The notes under the pieces: model-generated
The model's database searches: none
Told to the model about the DNA's origin: nothing
What the model saw: the letters and a program-made list of their open reading frames with translations, nothing else
In this document: positions 17,059 through 27,971 of the stretch, piece after piece
How positions within the stretch are numbered: position 1 is the stretch's first letter
Layout: the number at the start of each line of letters is the position of its first letter
NCBI GenBank assembly: GCA_040772485.1
Contig: JAXGYC010000007.1
Coordinates: forward strand, 1,088,001-1,152,000
Source: Sedimentisphaerales bacterium
GTDB taxonomy: Bacteria; Planctomycetota; Phycisphaerae; Sedimentisphaerales; Anaerobacaceae
Length of the DNA stretch: 64,000 nt
Direction of reading: 5' to 3'
Program-made: the position numbers and the translations under genes

Positions 17059-19635
17059 CTACGGCTCGTTGAGGAGGTGATGGGCCGCCAGAGCGAGGAA
17101 CATGAAGTTCGAACCGCCTCCGCCGATCACGTACTCCGACTGCTGCCAGAAGAACGGCCACTCCTTCAGCTCGGGGAAATCCGGGCGGATCAGTGCGGTC
17201 CCCGAGCCGACGCCACCAGGGATATAGCTCCAGTCGGCGCGGTTGACACCGTACGCGACGGTCAGTGATTTGGCGCCCACGCCGGAGGCAAATGAGGCCG
17301 TGTTGGGGCCCGGATGGCAGCCCAGGACGAAGTTCAGGGCGTTGAGCAGGTACGTCGCGTCGAAGACATCGGGCCAGCCCTCGTGCAGGAAGAACTGCGG
17401 CACGCCGAAACTCTGGACGCCCCAGCCGGCCCCCCAGATGTTGGGACGGTATGGCACGCCGAACGGTGTCTGTTTGCCCTGCTCCTCAATCCTCCTGTGG
17501 TATTCTGTGATCGCGGTTCTGACCGCGACGTGGAATTCCGCATCGTCGATGTGCTCCATCACGCGACCGAGCGCCCAGCCATTGCGGTCGATCGTTCGGA
17601 CGATCTCCGGCTGCATAGCGACCAGGGCGTCGAGATACTCCCGCCCGCCCGTCGCGAGGAACAGCTCCGCAGCCACTTCGATCTTCTGGCTCGCTACCCG
17701 CCTGTCCTCCGCGTCCCGGTTGGCCTGATAGATTGCCTGGGCCACCTCGACGCACTCGTCGGCCAGAGCGGGCCGGTGCTCCTTCAGCACTCTCGCGGCC
17801 GCCGCCAACCCGGCCGCGACGTGGAGTTCGCGAGCAGGATTCTCCTCCGTGAAGACCCACCGATCGTCCGGCTTGCCTGACCAGTCGCCATCCGTTTCGT
17901 CGGGTTCCAGGTTCGGGTCGTAGAAACGGCCATCGGTCATGGTCGAACCGTCCCCGAGAAGGACATACTGCGGAATCGTCGGGCAGATGATGCCCCGGTA
18001 GAGCCGGCCCAGACTCCGATAGCCGCCCAGGACGCTCAGGACGCCGTGCTCGATCTGCTGGAGGATGTCCGGGACGCCGTCGGGCAGGTGCATCTCGACC
18101 AGGTGGTGCTCCTGATCGATCGTGGTCGCATCGTAATCGACGCCGAACGCTTCGTAGATCTGGCAGAGAACCCGCACGGTCCCGATCTGCGACTCGACAC
18201 GCAAATCGTAGTCGCCCGCATCGTGCCAGCCGCCTACGTTCAATCCCGGCACCGGCTCCTGCGGCTCGTACGTTGTCAACGTGGAAGGCCCTTGCACATA
18301 ACCGTCGAAATGATTCAGGTCCACCGGCGCCATCAGGGCGTCGTCCATATGGCAGAGGCCATGCCAGACACGATACCGATCGTTGACGCGCATGTGGCAC
18401 ATCTGGACCGGCAGGAAGTACTCCAGTGTGGGCTGCCAGACGTGGCGTGCGTACACGTCTTTGTCGATCTGAAACGTGTTGGATCGCAGGTCTCCGTATT
18501 GGACGAGATAGACGCCCGGATCGTTCACGTCGCTGAAATCGAATCGCAGATAGTGGTAGCGCAGAAAGTCGCCCCAATCGTCCGGCTGGGCGCGAAGGAC
18601 CTCCTCGCGACCCCCGGAAGGCGCTATCCTCACCAACACCGCCTCTGTGAAGTCTCTGTCTCGCTTGTCGAGCTCGATCACGGCCACCTTGTCCTGACCG
18701 GGGTGATAACCCACCTGGGACACGTGGATCACCGGGGTATACCGCCAGTCGGGCAGCGTGCTGCACTCGATCCTCCATTGCAGCGCCCCGGCCGTCGCGC
18801 GGGCGGGCAGCGTCGAACGCACGACGAACCAGCCGTTGTTGTGCTGCGCCCTGCCGTCCAGCAATTCCAGTGTGCCGTCGATCGACTCGATGGTCATCCG
18901 CAGAGCCGCACTGTCGGGCGCGACACAAAGCCGGCGGCCCCTGGCCAGCGGCTCGGCCTGAGGAATACAATCCTCATCGACGTACATCGGGCCATTCAAC
19001 TGCCGCGGGAAGATGCCCGTCTGGTCGTCCATGTAGTACGGCCGGCCGAAGTACTCGCCTGGGAACAGTTCCAGATTGAAGCCGACCTTGCCGACCCACT
19101 CTTCGGGAAGAGGCTCGTCCAGATCCACCACGACGCGAAAGGCCTCGCCTTCCGGCCGGACACTCACCCGATACGAGAACTGAAGGTCCGGGTAGACAAT
19201 GGGATTGAATCCCTTGCGGTCGCGGCTGGGGTCAGGATAGCTCAGAAACACCGTGATCGCCTGGTTCTCCGCGTCGACCTCCCGCTTGTCGAGCTTGGGG
19301 ATCGGCTGCCACTGCCCGGGGGTCGGTTCGAGACGGACGTCGCCGTTGGCCGCGACGCGGACACCATTCTGGATGATGCTCACGCCGCCCTGGTGCCCTT
19401 CCGGATAGAAGTCGCTGAACACCATCACATCCAGGCCGACCGTCTCGAAGTACTCGGCCTCGTTCAGCGTCAGGCCGTTGGCGTCGGGAACGGCCGGCGG
19501 CGGCGCTACAACCTGGGGCGATTCCTCCAGAACCGGCGCGGGCGGCGTTTCATGGCTCCGCTGGCACGATGAAGACAGAACCAACAACAGGGAGATCGCC
19601 AGCTTCCCCCCATGTCGATAGATGAACGCGGACAT
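17059..19635 (-). CDS. Glycoside hydrolase family 9 lipoprotein
   Basis: Lipobox LSSSC, Ig-like IHVSQVGYHP..KVAVIE, GGWHDAGDYD catalytic motif, NFVLGCHP. Confidence 0.88.
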   Translation of the reverse strand: MSAFIYRHGGKLAISLLLVLSSSCQRSHETPPAPVLEESPQVVAPPPAVPDANGLTLNEAEYFETVGLDVMVFSDFYPEGHQGGVSIIQNGVRVAANGDVRLEPTPGQWQPIPKLDKREVDAENQAITVFLSYPDPSRDRKGFNPIVYPDLQFSYRVSVRPEGEAFRVVVDLDEPLPEEWVGKVGFNLELFPGEYFGRPYYMDDQTGIFPRQLNGPMYVDEDCIPQAEPLARGRRLCVAPDSAALRMTIESIDGTLELLDGRAQHNNGWFVVRSTLPARATAGALQWRIECSTLPDWRYTPVIHVSQVGYHPGQDKVAVIELDKRDRDFTEAVLVRIAPSGGREEVLRAQPDDWGDFLRYHYLRFDFSDVNDPGVYLVQYGDLRSNTFQIDKDVYARHVWQPTLEYFLPVQMCHMRVNDRYRVWHGLCHMDDALMAPVDLNHFDGYVQGPSTLTTYEPQEPVPGLNVGGWHDAGDYDLRVESQIGTVRVLCQIYEAFGVDYDATTIDQEHHLVEMHLPDGVPDILQQIEHGVLSVLGGYRSLGRLYRGIICPTIPQYVLLGDGSTMTDGRFYDPNLEPDETDGDWSGKPDDRWVFTEENPARELHVAAGLAAAARVLKEHRPALADECVEVAQAIYQANRDAEDRRVASQKIEVAAELFLATGGREYLDALVAMQPEIVRTIDRNGWALGRVMEHIDDAEFHVAVRTAITEYHRRIEEQGKQTPFGVPYRPNIWGAGWGVQSFGVPQFFLHEGWPDVFDATYLLNALNFVLGCHPGPNTASFASGVGAKSLTVAYGVNRADWSYIPGGVGSGTALIRPDFPELKEWPFFWQQSEYVIGGGGSNFMFLALAAHHLLNEP

Positions 19636-19705
19636 GCAGGATTCCTTTCCTTGCCGTGTGGCGCGTGCACAGAGGCCGGACGAGGCCGGGCGTGCCGCGC
19701 AGGCT

Positions 19706-20539
19706 TCACTTCTCCGGCTCGACGCGCTGAACCGAGATGATCCGGACCGGGTCGACCGGCAGATGCTTGCTGGTCACCGGAACCTCGCCGATGCGATCGA
19801 CGACCTCCATGCCTTTGACCACTTCGCCAAAGACCGTGTGCTTGCCCGTCAGCCAGGGGGTGTCCACCAGATTGATGAAGAACTGCGAGCCGTTTGTATT
19901 CGGGCCGGAATTGGCCATCGCCAGAGACCCACGCTTGGGGGCGTGCGACTTGAACTTGGCGTTGTACTTGTATCCCAGATTGACGTACGCCTCCTTGAGG
20001 CGCATGGTGTGAACGCGCTGATTCACCTCCTCCTGGCGTGCCGCGAGCTGCTCGTCCGAAGTGATTCCCATGACCCGAAACAGGGGACGCAGCACGGTGT
20101 TGTTGAAGTCCTCCTGCGACCGGATGCCGAGCCAGGGATGGGGGCGGCCCTGCTCGTCGAGAACGTTCAGTTTGTCGAGTCCGAGCGCGTCGGCGTTGAT
20201 CTCGTCCTCGAACTTGTAGCCCGGTCCGCCTTCCCCGGTCCCCAGCGGGCAGCCGCCCTGGATCATGAACCCCTTGACGACGCGATGGAACGTCAGACCG
20301 TTGTAGTACGCCTTTCGAACCTTGTGCTCCGTCTTCGGATCGACGAACACCTTGGTCCCCTCGGCCAGCCCAAGGAAGTTCTCGACCGTCTTGGGGGCCT
20401 CTTTGAAATAGAGCCGCACGACGATGTCGCCCATGTTCGTCTTGATCAGGCACTGGGGATCGGCCGACGGTTCGTTGGGTTCGGCTGCCATGAGGACTCC
20501 ACCAAGACAAAGGACAAAGGCTGCTGCGATCCGATTCAT
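19706..20539 (-). CDS. Secreted cyclophilin-type peptidyl-prolyl isomerase with internal insertion
   Basis: [50 protein letters not shown]. Confidence 0.93.
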   Translation of the reverse strand: MNRIAAAFVLCLGGVLMAAEPNEPSADPQCLIKTNMGDIVVRLYFKEAPKTVENFLGLAEGTKVFVDPKTEHKVRKAYYNGLTFHRVVKGFMIQGGCPLGTGEGGPGYKFEDEINADALGLDKLNVLDEQGRPHPWLGIRSQEDFNNTVLRPLFRVMGITSDEQLAARQEEVNQRVHTMRLKEAYVNLGYKYNAKFKSHAPKRGSLAMANSGPNTNGSQFFINLVDTPWLTGKHTVFGEVVKGMEVVDRIGEVPVTSKHLPVDPVRIISVQRVEPEK

Positions 20540-20762
20540 ATCTGCTCCTTTGTACGTAGACCGGTCACGTTCACTCCGACGCCTCTATTATACCGAATGC
20601 CGGGGCTTTCCGCCAGCAGCCGTACCGACAAGGCAGAAGATTCGATGGGACAGAAGCGGAGGAGTTGACGGCCCGATAAGAACAGCAGACCTGACGTGTG
20701 GACCGACGCAGACAATACGGACAGATGCTTCGAGGGCAGCAGCCGGAGAGCCGGTGGCAACG

Positions 20763-21464
20763 CTAATTCTCTTGCGTGTCGCCGACACCCACCTTCTGAC
20801 CGAGACGCTGACAGCTCTCGCAGTGGCAGCAACCGACCTGCCGCAGATGCGACGAGCCGGCCAGACGCCGCGTCTCAATCAGCCGGGCCCCTTTGGCCTC
20901 CATCTTGCGAAAGGCCATCTTGGCCTCGCGATTGTCGTGGTAGCCCACGGCGTCCACGACGACGGCCACCCGTTTGTCCCTCTGGAGCAGCCCCAGCGCC
21001 GCCGCCTTGACGGCCCCTTCGGCACAAGCCCCGATGAGGATGAACTCGGACGCCGAGACCTCGCTGAGCAGACGGTCGATGCGCGGCTCGTCGAACGGAT
21101 CGACGCACCGCTTGTGGAGCACCACCTGCTGATAGCGCCGAAGCATGTCGCGAGGCAGGTCCGTGCTGCCGTCGGCCGGGAGAATGATCCGATTCGACAT
21201 CAGGGTGTAGCTGATCTTCTCCTGACCAGGAGTGCCGTCGATGCAGTACTTCGGATCGCCGTTGTTGCCTTCGAGGTAGACTTCGCACGTCGAGATGATC
21301 GGGATATCCCTTCGTCTGGCCCACGCCATCATGCGCCGGATGTGGGCCAGCACCCTTCGGTGGTTTCGGATGCAGGCGCCGCCGTCGGCCAACAGGTAGT
21401 CCCTTTGCGTGTTGACGTCGACGAGGACTTGCCTTCGTTTCGCCCTGACCATTTGAAGTATCAT
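20763..21464 (-). CDS. Isochorismatase/cysteine hydrolase family protein
   Basis: LVDVNTQRDY, CIDGTPGQEKI, HKRCVDPF, VVVDAVG, MEAKGARLI. Confidence 0.85.
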   Translation of the reverse strand: MILQMVRAKRRQVLVDVNTQRDYLLADGGACIRNHRRVLAHIRRMMAWARRRDIPIISTCEVYLEGNNGDPKYCIDGTPGQEKISYTLMSNRIILPADGSTDLPRDMLRRYQQVVLHKRCVDPFDEPRIDRLLSEVSASEFILIGACAEGAVKAAALGLLQRDKRVAVVVDAVGYHDNREAKMAFRKMEAKGARLIETRRLAGSSHLRQVGCCHCESCQRLGQKVGVGDTQEN

Positions 21465-21602
21465 CCTTCGACTTCCTTTCCGCGCCGGCAGGGTTCCTTG
21501 GGTCTGGTATACCCGCGGCCCACAAAAGAGTTCACTTGCCTAATCATCGTGTGCCGCTATGCGCCACTTTAGTAACGCGGGCAGGAGAAAATTATCCGCA
21601 CC

Positions 21603-21631
21603 TTCACTCCACTTCGGACTTCCCATATAAT
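21603..21631 (+). promoter_or_regulatory. sigma70-like promoter of trmB
   Basis: TTCACT-N17-TATAAT. It overlaps the ORF-track ATG at 21630, so the true start is likely downstream. Confidence 0.5.
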
Positions 21632-21656
21632 GCGGCGAAAACCTACTGTCGAATGG

Positions 21657-22316
21657 ATGATGAACGATTCCGAACACGACCAGGCGATGGGACGTATCCT
21701 GAGAGAATACAGTGCAATTGTGTTGCGACCGGAAGATTTCCCGGGCCGGATCGATCGGGCCTGCATTTTCGGACGTCTTGGACCGTTTCATATCGAAATC
21801 GGATCGGGTAAAGGAACGTTTCTCGTCCAGGAGGCGCAGGCGCATCCGGAGGTGGACTACCTCGGCATCGAATGGGCGAGCAAGTTCTACCGGTATGCGG
21901 CGGACCGGCTGGGACGCTGGGGGTTGGCCAACGTCCGTATAATCCGAGCGGATGCCGCGACCTTCCTGCGGGAACACGTGCCGGCGGCTTCGGTGGACTG
22001 CTTTCACATCTACTTCCCGGACCCGTGGCCGAAGAAGCGGCATCACAAGCGGCGGTTCGTCCGGCAGGACAACGTGGAGATGCTGATCGCGTGTCTCAAG
22101 CCGGCAGGCAGAATCCAGATGGCGACCGATCATGACGAGTACTTCGAGCAGATGCGGCAGGTAACGTCAGCGTTTTGTGACGAGTTGGAGGAGGCCGAGT
22201 TCGTGCGTCCGGCCGGGGCCGCAGGCGAAGAACTGACGGGGACCAATTACGAACGCAAGTACATCAAGGATCGACGCGCCATCCACGTTCTCGCGTTCCG
22301 AAAAAAGCGGGTGTGA
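21657..22316 (+). CDS. trmB: tRNA (guanine-N7)-methyltransferase
   Basis: EIGSGKGTFL, YLGIE, YFPDPWPKKRHHKRR, ATDHDEY, TNYERKY. The start may be 21657 or 21687. Confidence 0.95.
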   Translation: MMNDSEHDQAMGRILREYSAIVLRPEDFPGRIDRACIFGRLGPFHIEIGSGKGTFLVQEAQAHPEVDYLGIEWASKFYRYAADRLGRWGLANVRIIRADAATFLREHVPAASVDCFHIYFPDPWPKKRHHKRRFVRQDNVEMLIACLKPAGRIQMATDHDEYFEQMRQVTSAFCDELEEAEFVRPAGAAGEELTGTNYERKYIKDRRAIHVLAFRKKRV

Positions 22317-22345
22317 AGGAACGCCAATCCGAGCGGGATGCGGCA

Positions 22346-24547
22346 TCAAGGGACGTCCAGTCGCTCCAACGCGGTCAGGGCCACGCGCTTGACATAGTCG
22401 TCGGAGTCGTTGGCCGCGGCCTTGATCCGGGCCAGCGCCGGCCGGGCCTTTGCGCCCAGCTTGTCGAGCGCGACGATGGCGAACATGCGGACTTTGTCCG
22501 TCGGATGCTTCAGCGCGTCCGCCAGCACGGGCAGCCCACTGTCTTCGGCTCCCCAGTCGCACATCGCATGGGCCGCGGCAACGCGAACCACCATGGATTC
22601 ATCTGCCAGCCGGGCCTTCACCGCCGTTCGGGCAAACGCGACATCGGCCCGGAACTTGCCGGCGGCGTGCAGCCCAACAATCGCCCAGTACCGAATCGAC
22701 GGTCTCGCATCGTCCAGGTACGGCAGATAGGAATAGACCGCGTTGGCGCCCTCGTAGTCCAGCTCCTTGAGCTTCCAGAGTCGCTGACGCAGGTTGGACG
22801 CGCCGATCCTTTCCCGCCAGTGCTCGGCGCCTGTGGGCGTCGGCCGCTCGACGACGGGAGCGCCCGGCTCGAACGTCACCAGATCGCTGTCGCGGAAACC
22901 GATCCGGCAGGCCTTGGCGTACAGCACGTCGCCCGGTTTCAGCGGGACCTCGCGCGAACAAAGCAACCACCCTGTCTTGTCCTTCGGGTCGCCGCCCACG
23001 CGATACGCGATGGAGGACCCCGCCGTGGCGCAGGCCAGCGTGACGCTCGCTCCCTCGGTCGCATCGCCCGTTCGCTTGACGACCACCGGCGGCGCCGTCT
23101 TCTCGTATTGCCCGTTCGGCCGTTTCCATTCGTCAAAGATCGGCTCGGGAATCAATCCGACGTCCTGCGTGTCTTTGTACCACTCTTCATGCGCCCTTCG
23201 CAGCCGCTCCAACACCTCCGCGTAGGCCGGATCGCCGGCCAGATTGCGGACCTCATGAGGGTCAGCGACAACGTCATAGAGTTCTTCAATCGGCTTGGCC
23301 GGTTCGAAGTACTGCTTCTGCGGCCCATCCAGTTCGCCCTCGGCGTGGAGCCGTCGCATCTCCTGCATCGTGGGCATCTCATTCATGTAACGGATGTCCT
23401 GGGCGCGTGAAACGTACCACATGTAGTTGCGGATGTACTTGAAGCGTTTGTCCCGGACGGCCCGGATCAGGTCGTACGCTTCATCCATGCGATCGCGGGC
23501 GGCGAAAACGTACTCCCGCGGCCTGGCTTTGCGGGGTCCCAGAAACGCATGGCCCTGCATGTGAGAAGGGATCTCCACTGTGGCCAGCGAGAGCATCGTC
23601 GGGGCGAAGTCAACGAAGGCAATCAGGTCGTCGTTGACCGTTCCGGGGGCGATCGCCTCGGGCCTGTCCGGCATGGCGAGTTTGCACCACTTCGGGGGGA
23701 CGCGGACAATCAGCGGCACGCGAAGGCCGGAATCGTAGATCCATCGCTTGGCGCGAGGCAGCCCCCGACCGTGGTCTCCCCAGAACCACACGATCGTATC
23801 GTCGGCCAGACCGTCCTGCTCCAGGTCATCGAGCACCTGCCTGACCTGTCTGTCCATCAGCGTGATGAGGTCGTAGTACTGCGCCCAATCCTGCCGGACC
23901 CTGGGCGTGTCGGGGTAGTATGGCGGAAGCACCGCCTGGGCGGGATCGTGCCGCTCTGCCGGACCCAGACCGGCCAGTCGCCTGAGCATCGCATCGCTTC
24001 GGTTGCGGATCTGGCTCTCATGCGTCGTCGTGAAGTTGATGACCGCAAAGAACGGCTTGTCTTTGGGGCGGTTCCGCCAATGCGCGCTGCTGCTGCACTC
24101 GTCCCACGCCGTCAGCGGAGCTTCGAACTGGTAGTCCGTCTTGACGTTGTTGGTGCAGTAGTAGCCGGCCGCGCGCAGGTACTCGGGAAAGCACTTGACT
24201 TGCTGCGGGGGCACGCCCGCACAGCGCATGTGGTGTGTCCCGATCGTCGTCGGGTACATCCCGGTGATGATTCCCGATCGGGTCGGTGCGCAGACGCCGG
24301 AATGCGAGAACACATGGTTGTACCGCACGCCTTCCGAGGCCAGCCGATCCAGGTTGGGCGTCACCGCATACGCATCGCCATAACAGCCCAGGTCCGGGCT
24401 GATATCCTCCGTGCTGATCCAGAGGAAATTGGGCCGGTCCTGCCGGCGAACTTCCTGAGCAAGAAGGGAACGTTTCGGCAGCATCATCGCCGTCAGAGAC
24501 CCGCACGCCACTTTCAGAAATCGGCGCCGGTTCCAGTTGCCGTTCAT
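22346..24547 (-). CDS. Tat-exported sulfatase with C-terminal beta-domain and HEAT-like repeats
   Basis: RRRFLK signal, PNFLWISTED, CAPTRS formylglycine motif, GDHG, C-terminal VRVAAA/VRMFAI/VKRVAL repeats. Confidence 0.92.
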   Translation of the reverse strand: MNGNWNRRRFLKVACGSLTAMMLPKRSLLAQEVRRQDRPNFLWISTEDISPDLGCYGDAYAVTPNLDRLASEGVRYNHVFSHSGVCAPTRSGIITGMYPTTIGTHHMRCAGVPPQQVKCFPEYLRAAGYYCTNNVKTDYQFEAPLTAWDECSSSAHWRNRPKDKPFFAVINFTTTHESQIRNRSDAMLRRLAGLGPAERHDPAQAVLPPYYPDTPRVRQDWAQYYDLITLMDRQVRQVLDDLEQDGLADDTIVWFWGDHGRGLPRAKRWIYDSGLRVPLIVRVPPKWCKLAMPDRPEAIAPGTVNDDLIAFVDFAPTMLSLATVEIPSHMQGHAFLGPRKARPREYVFAARDRMDEAYDLIRAVRDKRFKYIRNYMWYVSRAQDIRYMNEMPTMQEMRRLHAEGELDGPQKQYFEPAKPIEELYDVVADPHEVRNLAGDPAYAEVLERLRRAHEEWYKDTQDVGLIPEPIFDEWKRPNGQYEKTAPPVVVKRTGDATEGASVTLACATAGSSIAYRVGGDPKDKTGWLLCSREVPLKPGDVLYAKACRIGFRDSDLVTFEPGAPVVERPTPTGAEHWRERIGASNLRQRLWKLKELDYEGANAVYSYLPYLDDARPSIRYWAIVGLHAAGKFRADVAFARTAVKARLADESMVVRVAAAHAMCDWGAEDSGLPVLADALKHPTDKVRMFAIVALDKLGAKARPALARIKAAANDSDDYVKRVALTALERLDVP

Positions 24548-24638
24548 ATAACCTCCAGACCGGGCGTTTCCGATGCGCTGGCCCATCGGAAGATGCCAAC
24601 TCAGAACAGGGAACGCCCTGTGGACACTCCACAGGATC

Positions 24639-27600
24639 TCATTGCGGCGTTCCAAGGATCTTCAGGGAATCCTCGATCACAGGAAGGGTCTTGGTTTCCA
24701 CTTTGGGATTGTCGGCCTTCCCCGTGACCTCCATGCGAACGACGGCGCCGCCGAGTCCCTCGGTCAGCGACTGAAGGATCGACGGCTTGGCCGCCGCGAC
24801 GCGTCGACCGCGAGCGGTCAGCGTGAGATTGACGTCGTTGTCGCGCAGGTTCATGGCGCCGCTGCCGGTAAAGGCCAGATTCCTGCCCGACATGTCGAAC
24901 TTGCTGATCAGCAGCTTGTTGCGCTTGAGATACGATTCCAGCAGCATCCGTTCGAACGCGTAGTCCGTGGGTTCCGTCAGACTCAACACGGCCAGGAGAT
25001 TGGCCAATGGCGAGACCTTTCCCACCTGCATGTCCGCCACATCGATCCGGCAGACGCCGAGACGGGAGGAGCCATCACCGATCGAGGCCCCCAATCCCAG
25101 TGTCGCGTTCATCGTCCCGCTGCTGGCGCTCGTCTCCGCCACGGGATCGAGCTTGCCACCCAGGAGAAACCTCTTGAGATCGACCCGGACCAGACCGACG
25201 GTCGCCAGATACTGAACCACGCCGGCTGCAACCGGTTCGATACGGAGACGGCCGAGAAGATGACCGCCGTAGCAGTCGCCCAGGAAGTTGTCTGCCGACC
25301 ACGCGCGCGTGTTCGGATCGTATACGAGTTCGGCGTTCAGACGGGTAACGTCCTTGCCCTTGATGTTGAACCGGTCGGCCGCCAGTTGCATTCGCCCGGA
25401 TGAAAACCCGGTCTTCGTATCGTACGCCGCCTCGATGCCGAGAGTCCCGTACACCTCGGTTCCCGTGCCGGAGACATGGAAGCTGCACGGCCGCAGGTCC
25501 ATCCGACCGCCGAGCCGAACAAGCTTATGGTCTTTTCCCGAGACCTCCAGAGTCTCCATGTCCAGATCGAATGGCCCTCTGGGCGAGGAATCCCGATAGA
25601 TGCCCTGGAGACTCTTCGGCAGCGATTCACCCAACTGCGACGTGAACAGAATGTCACGCGCTCGCGCCGTGAATACCGCTTCCCCCCGGCTCTCGGGCAG
25701 AAGGCTCAGACGCCCGTTGACGCGCACCGAAGGCCGCAGGGACGGATCGGACTGGAGCGATGGCGCCGCTTCGATGTCCTGGAACGTCACGGCCTTCGCG
25801 TCCACGGCAATCGTGCCTGTGACGTCTTGCAGCGGGTACGGGAATCTCTCGTGGTTGATCTTGTTTCCGAGGCACACGATGGAAGCCGTCAGATCGGGCG
25901 GCTGGTTGCTGTCGACCTTGCTGTAGCCTATGGTGACGTCCACCGCCCCCTCCGGCCGGAATGCCAAAACGTGCCGCCTGGCCGCCTCCGGCAGCAACCC
26001 CAGCACCGTCTCGTCCAGTGGTGTTTGCTTCGTCGTCACGTTCAGATGGTATTGCCCCGGCTGGTCGGCCCTGGCGAACTGTATGCTCCCCGCCAACCGC
26101 ACTTCACTCTGGCGGTATCGCCCGACGCAATCCGTGATCGCGGCCGAATCCGGCGTGATGGAGGCCTGACCCGAAAGACCCGTCAGCACCACCGGCCAGG
26201 AATCCATCTTCAGGGAAGCATCGGCCACGAAAGCGTCGGCCGCGAAGCGGATGGGATTCGGGCTGTTGACGTCCTCGGCGGTGAAGATCCTGGCGCGGAC
26301 CCTCGCGGTTCCGCTGGCGTCGAATCGTCTGGCCGCCGTCCGGTATTGCTCCGGCAGCGCCTGCCTCAGCGTTGCATCCAGCGGGATGGCGTTGGCATCG
26401 ACCGTGATATTGTAGATCGGCCGGCCTGTGTCGCGGTCGGTGACCTGACCGTCCAGTCGGATCCGGCGCCCCTGCCCCGATGCAACCACGTCGGTCACAA
26501 GGACCCTCTCCCGGTCGAAGTAGATTCCTCCCGTCATGTCTTGCAGAGGATAGGGGAACTTCTCGTACGTGGCGTTGACACCGCGCAGGTCGATGGCGAT
26601 GTGGCTGCGTTTGTCCGACGGGCTCGACCGAGTCAACCGGTAATCCACGCCAATGACCCCGCTCGGCGAAAAGGCGTCCCAGAGCCGCTTCTGGCCTGGC
26701 GGCAGCGCCGCATAGAGGTCTTCGTCCAGAATCATATTGCCGCTGGAGATCTGGTACTGATACTGTCGATGGTCGCCATGGCCCCTGGCCCAGCCCTGGA
26801 TCAGCACATCCACCTCGCCATGCTTGCCCTTGAGCTGGTTCAACTGCACCGCGGACTGGGAGAACTCCACCGTTCCGGACAGATGATCGACCGCATAGGG
26901 AAACCGGCTGTCAAGGATGGACATATCCTCGCACACCACACTTCCCGTGACCTCACTGTCAAACAGGGCGTGGACATTGCCGCGTGCATCGAGGCGGACC
27001 GACGCAACTCGGCCGAACGGACGAAACCGGGCGAAGAACCGCTGGGCGGCCGCCATCCCGCCGGACTGCCGAGCCGGGTCCGTCGCGAGCAGCCGAAAGG
27101 CGTCAACTTCCGGGCTGTGCTTGCTGTGCAGGTCCTTGATCTGCAGGTGCAGCTTGTAGGCGCCGGAACGATCGTACTCGACGTCCGCGGCCAACACGTC
27201 GACGGCCCAAGCCCGTTCGAGCGAAGGAATGTCCGTCGAGGACAAGCCGCCGGCCACCTCAAATCGCCCGGGGGTCCAGGAGCCTCGCAGAGCGCTGTCT
27301 CCGTAGCCGCCGGAGAGCTTGGCCGTCTTGATCTCGAACCCGTGGCTGCCGTCGCTGACGCCGGGGAATCCGAAGCGCGCTTCCACAGGCACCGAGGTCA
27401 CCACTTCCGTCTCCCCCCCGGACACCTTGCAGTAGCGCAGCTTGCCTCGCCGAAGAGCAACAACCGGCACTCGTCCGCCTTTGCCCGAGGAGGTATTCAG
27501 CCGCAAGCCGCCGACATTCCATCGTCCGGAATCGAGATCGTGCTGGACGTCGAGAATGAAATCCACAACGTGAATCTCCTTCACACGAGGCGACAACAGC

Positions 27601-27941
27601 AGCAAACTGCCCAGACTGAACTTCGCATAGACGTTCTTGGCGCGCAGGATCGTGTCGTCGTAGAACAGCGCCTCGTGTTCGGCGGGACGAATGACGATGC
27701 CGTCGATGGAGACGGAGGCGTTGCGGTGGAAATCGAAAGGCCCCATCTCGATGCGCGTGTTCGTCAGCCGGCTGATCTCCACAGCGGCGATCCCGGGCAG
27801 GGCTCTGGCCACCCAGATGCCGAGGACGACGACGGCCGCCAGGAGAATCGCGGGCAGAACCGCCAGGCGGATGAGCATGCGGCGACGCCATCCTCTCTTG
27901 GTGAAGTCTGCTCCCGTGCTGGAACGTATGGATCGGGCCAT
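24639..27941 (-). CDS. AsmA-like large beta-groove membrane protein
   Basis: 1100 aa, N-terminal TM, repeated FPYPL.D.TG.I segments, AsmA-type C-terminus (FTGSGAMNL..V.GKADNPKV). Confidence 0.75.
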   Translation of the reverse strand: MARSIRSSTGADFTKRGWRRRMLIRLAVLPAILLAAVVVLGIWVARALPGIAAVEISRLTNTRIEMGPFDFHRNASVSIDGIVIRPAEHEALFYDDTILRAKNVYAKFSLGSLLLLSPRVKEIHVVDFILDVQHDLDSGRWNVGGLRLNTSSGKGGRVPVVALRRGKLRYCKVSGGETEVVTSVPVEARFGFPGVSDGSHGFEIKTAKLSGGYGDSALRGSWTPGRFEVAGGLSSTDIPSLERAWAVDVLAADVEYDRSGAYKLHLQIKDLHSKHSPEVDAFRLLATDPARQSGGMAAAQRFFARFRPFGRVASVRLDARGNVHALFDSEVTGSVVCEDMSILDSRFPYAVDHLSGTVEFSQSAVQLNQLKGKHGEVDVLIQGWARGHGDHRQYQYQISSGNMILDEDLYAALPPGQKRLWDAFSPSGVIGVDYRLTRSSPSDKRSHIAIDLRGVNATYEKFPYPLQDMTGGIYFDRERVLVTDVVASGQGRRIRLDGQVTDRDTGRPIYNITVDANAIPLDATLRQALPEQYRTAARRFDASGTARVRARIFTAEDVNSPNPIRFAADAFVADASLKMDSWPVVLTGLSGQASITPDSAAITDCVGRYRQSEVRLAGSIQFARADQPGQYHLNVTTKQTPLDETVLGLLPEAARRHVLAFRPEGAVDVTIGYSKVDSNQPPDLTASIVCLGNKINHERFPYPLQDVTGTIAVDAKAVTFQDIEAAPSLQSDPSLRPSVRVNGRLSLLPESRGEAVFTARARDILFTSQLGESLPKSLQGIYRDSSPRGPFDLDMETLEVSGKDHKLVRLGGRMDLRPCSFHVSGTGTEVYGTLGIEAAYDTKTGFSSGRMQLAADRFNIKGKDVTRLNAELVYDPNTRAWSADNFLGDCYGGHLLGRLRIEPVAAGVVQYLATVGLVRVDLKRFLLGGKLDPVAETSASSGTMNATLGLGASIGDGSSRLGVCRIDVADMQVGKVSPLANLLAVLSLTEPTDYAFERMLLESYLKRNKLLISKFDMSGRNLAFTGSGAMNLRDNDVNLTLTARGRRVAAAKPSILQSLTEGLGGAVVRMEVTGKADNPKVETKTLPVIEDSLKILGTPQ

Positions 27942-27971
27942 GAGAACTCGCGCATCGTTCGAATTGCAGGG

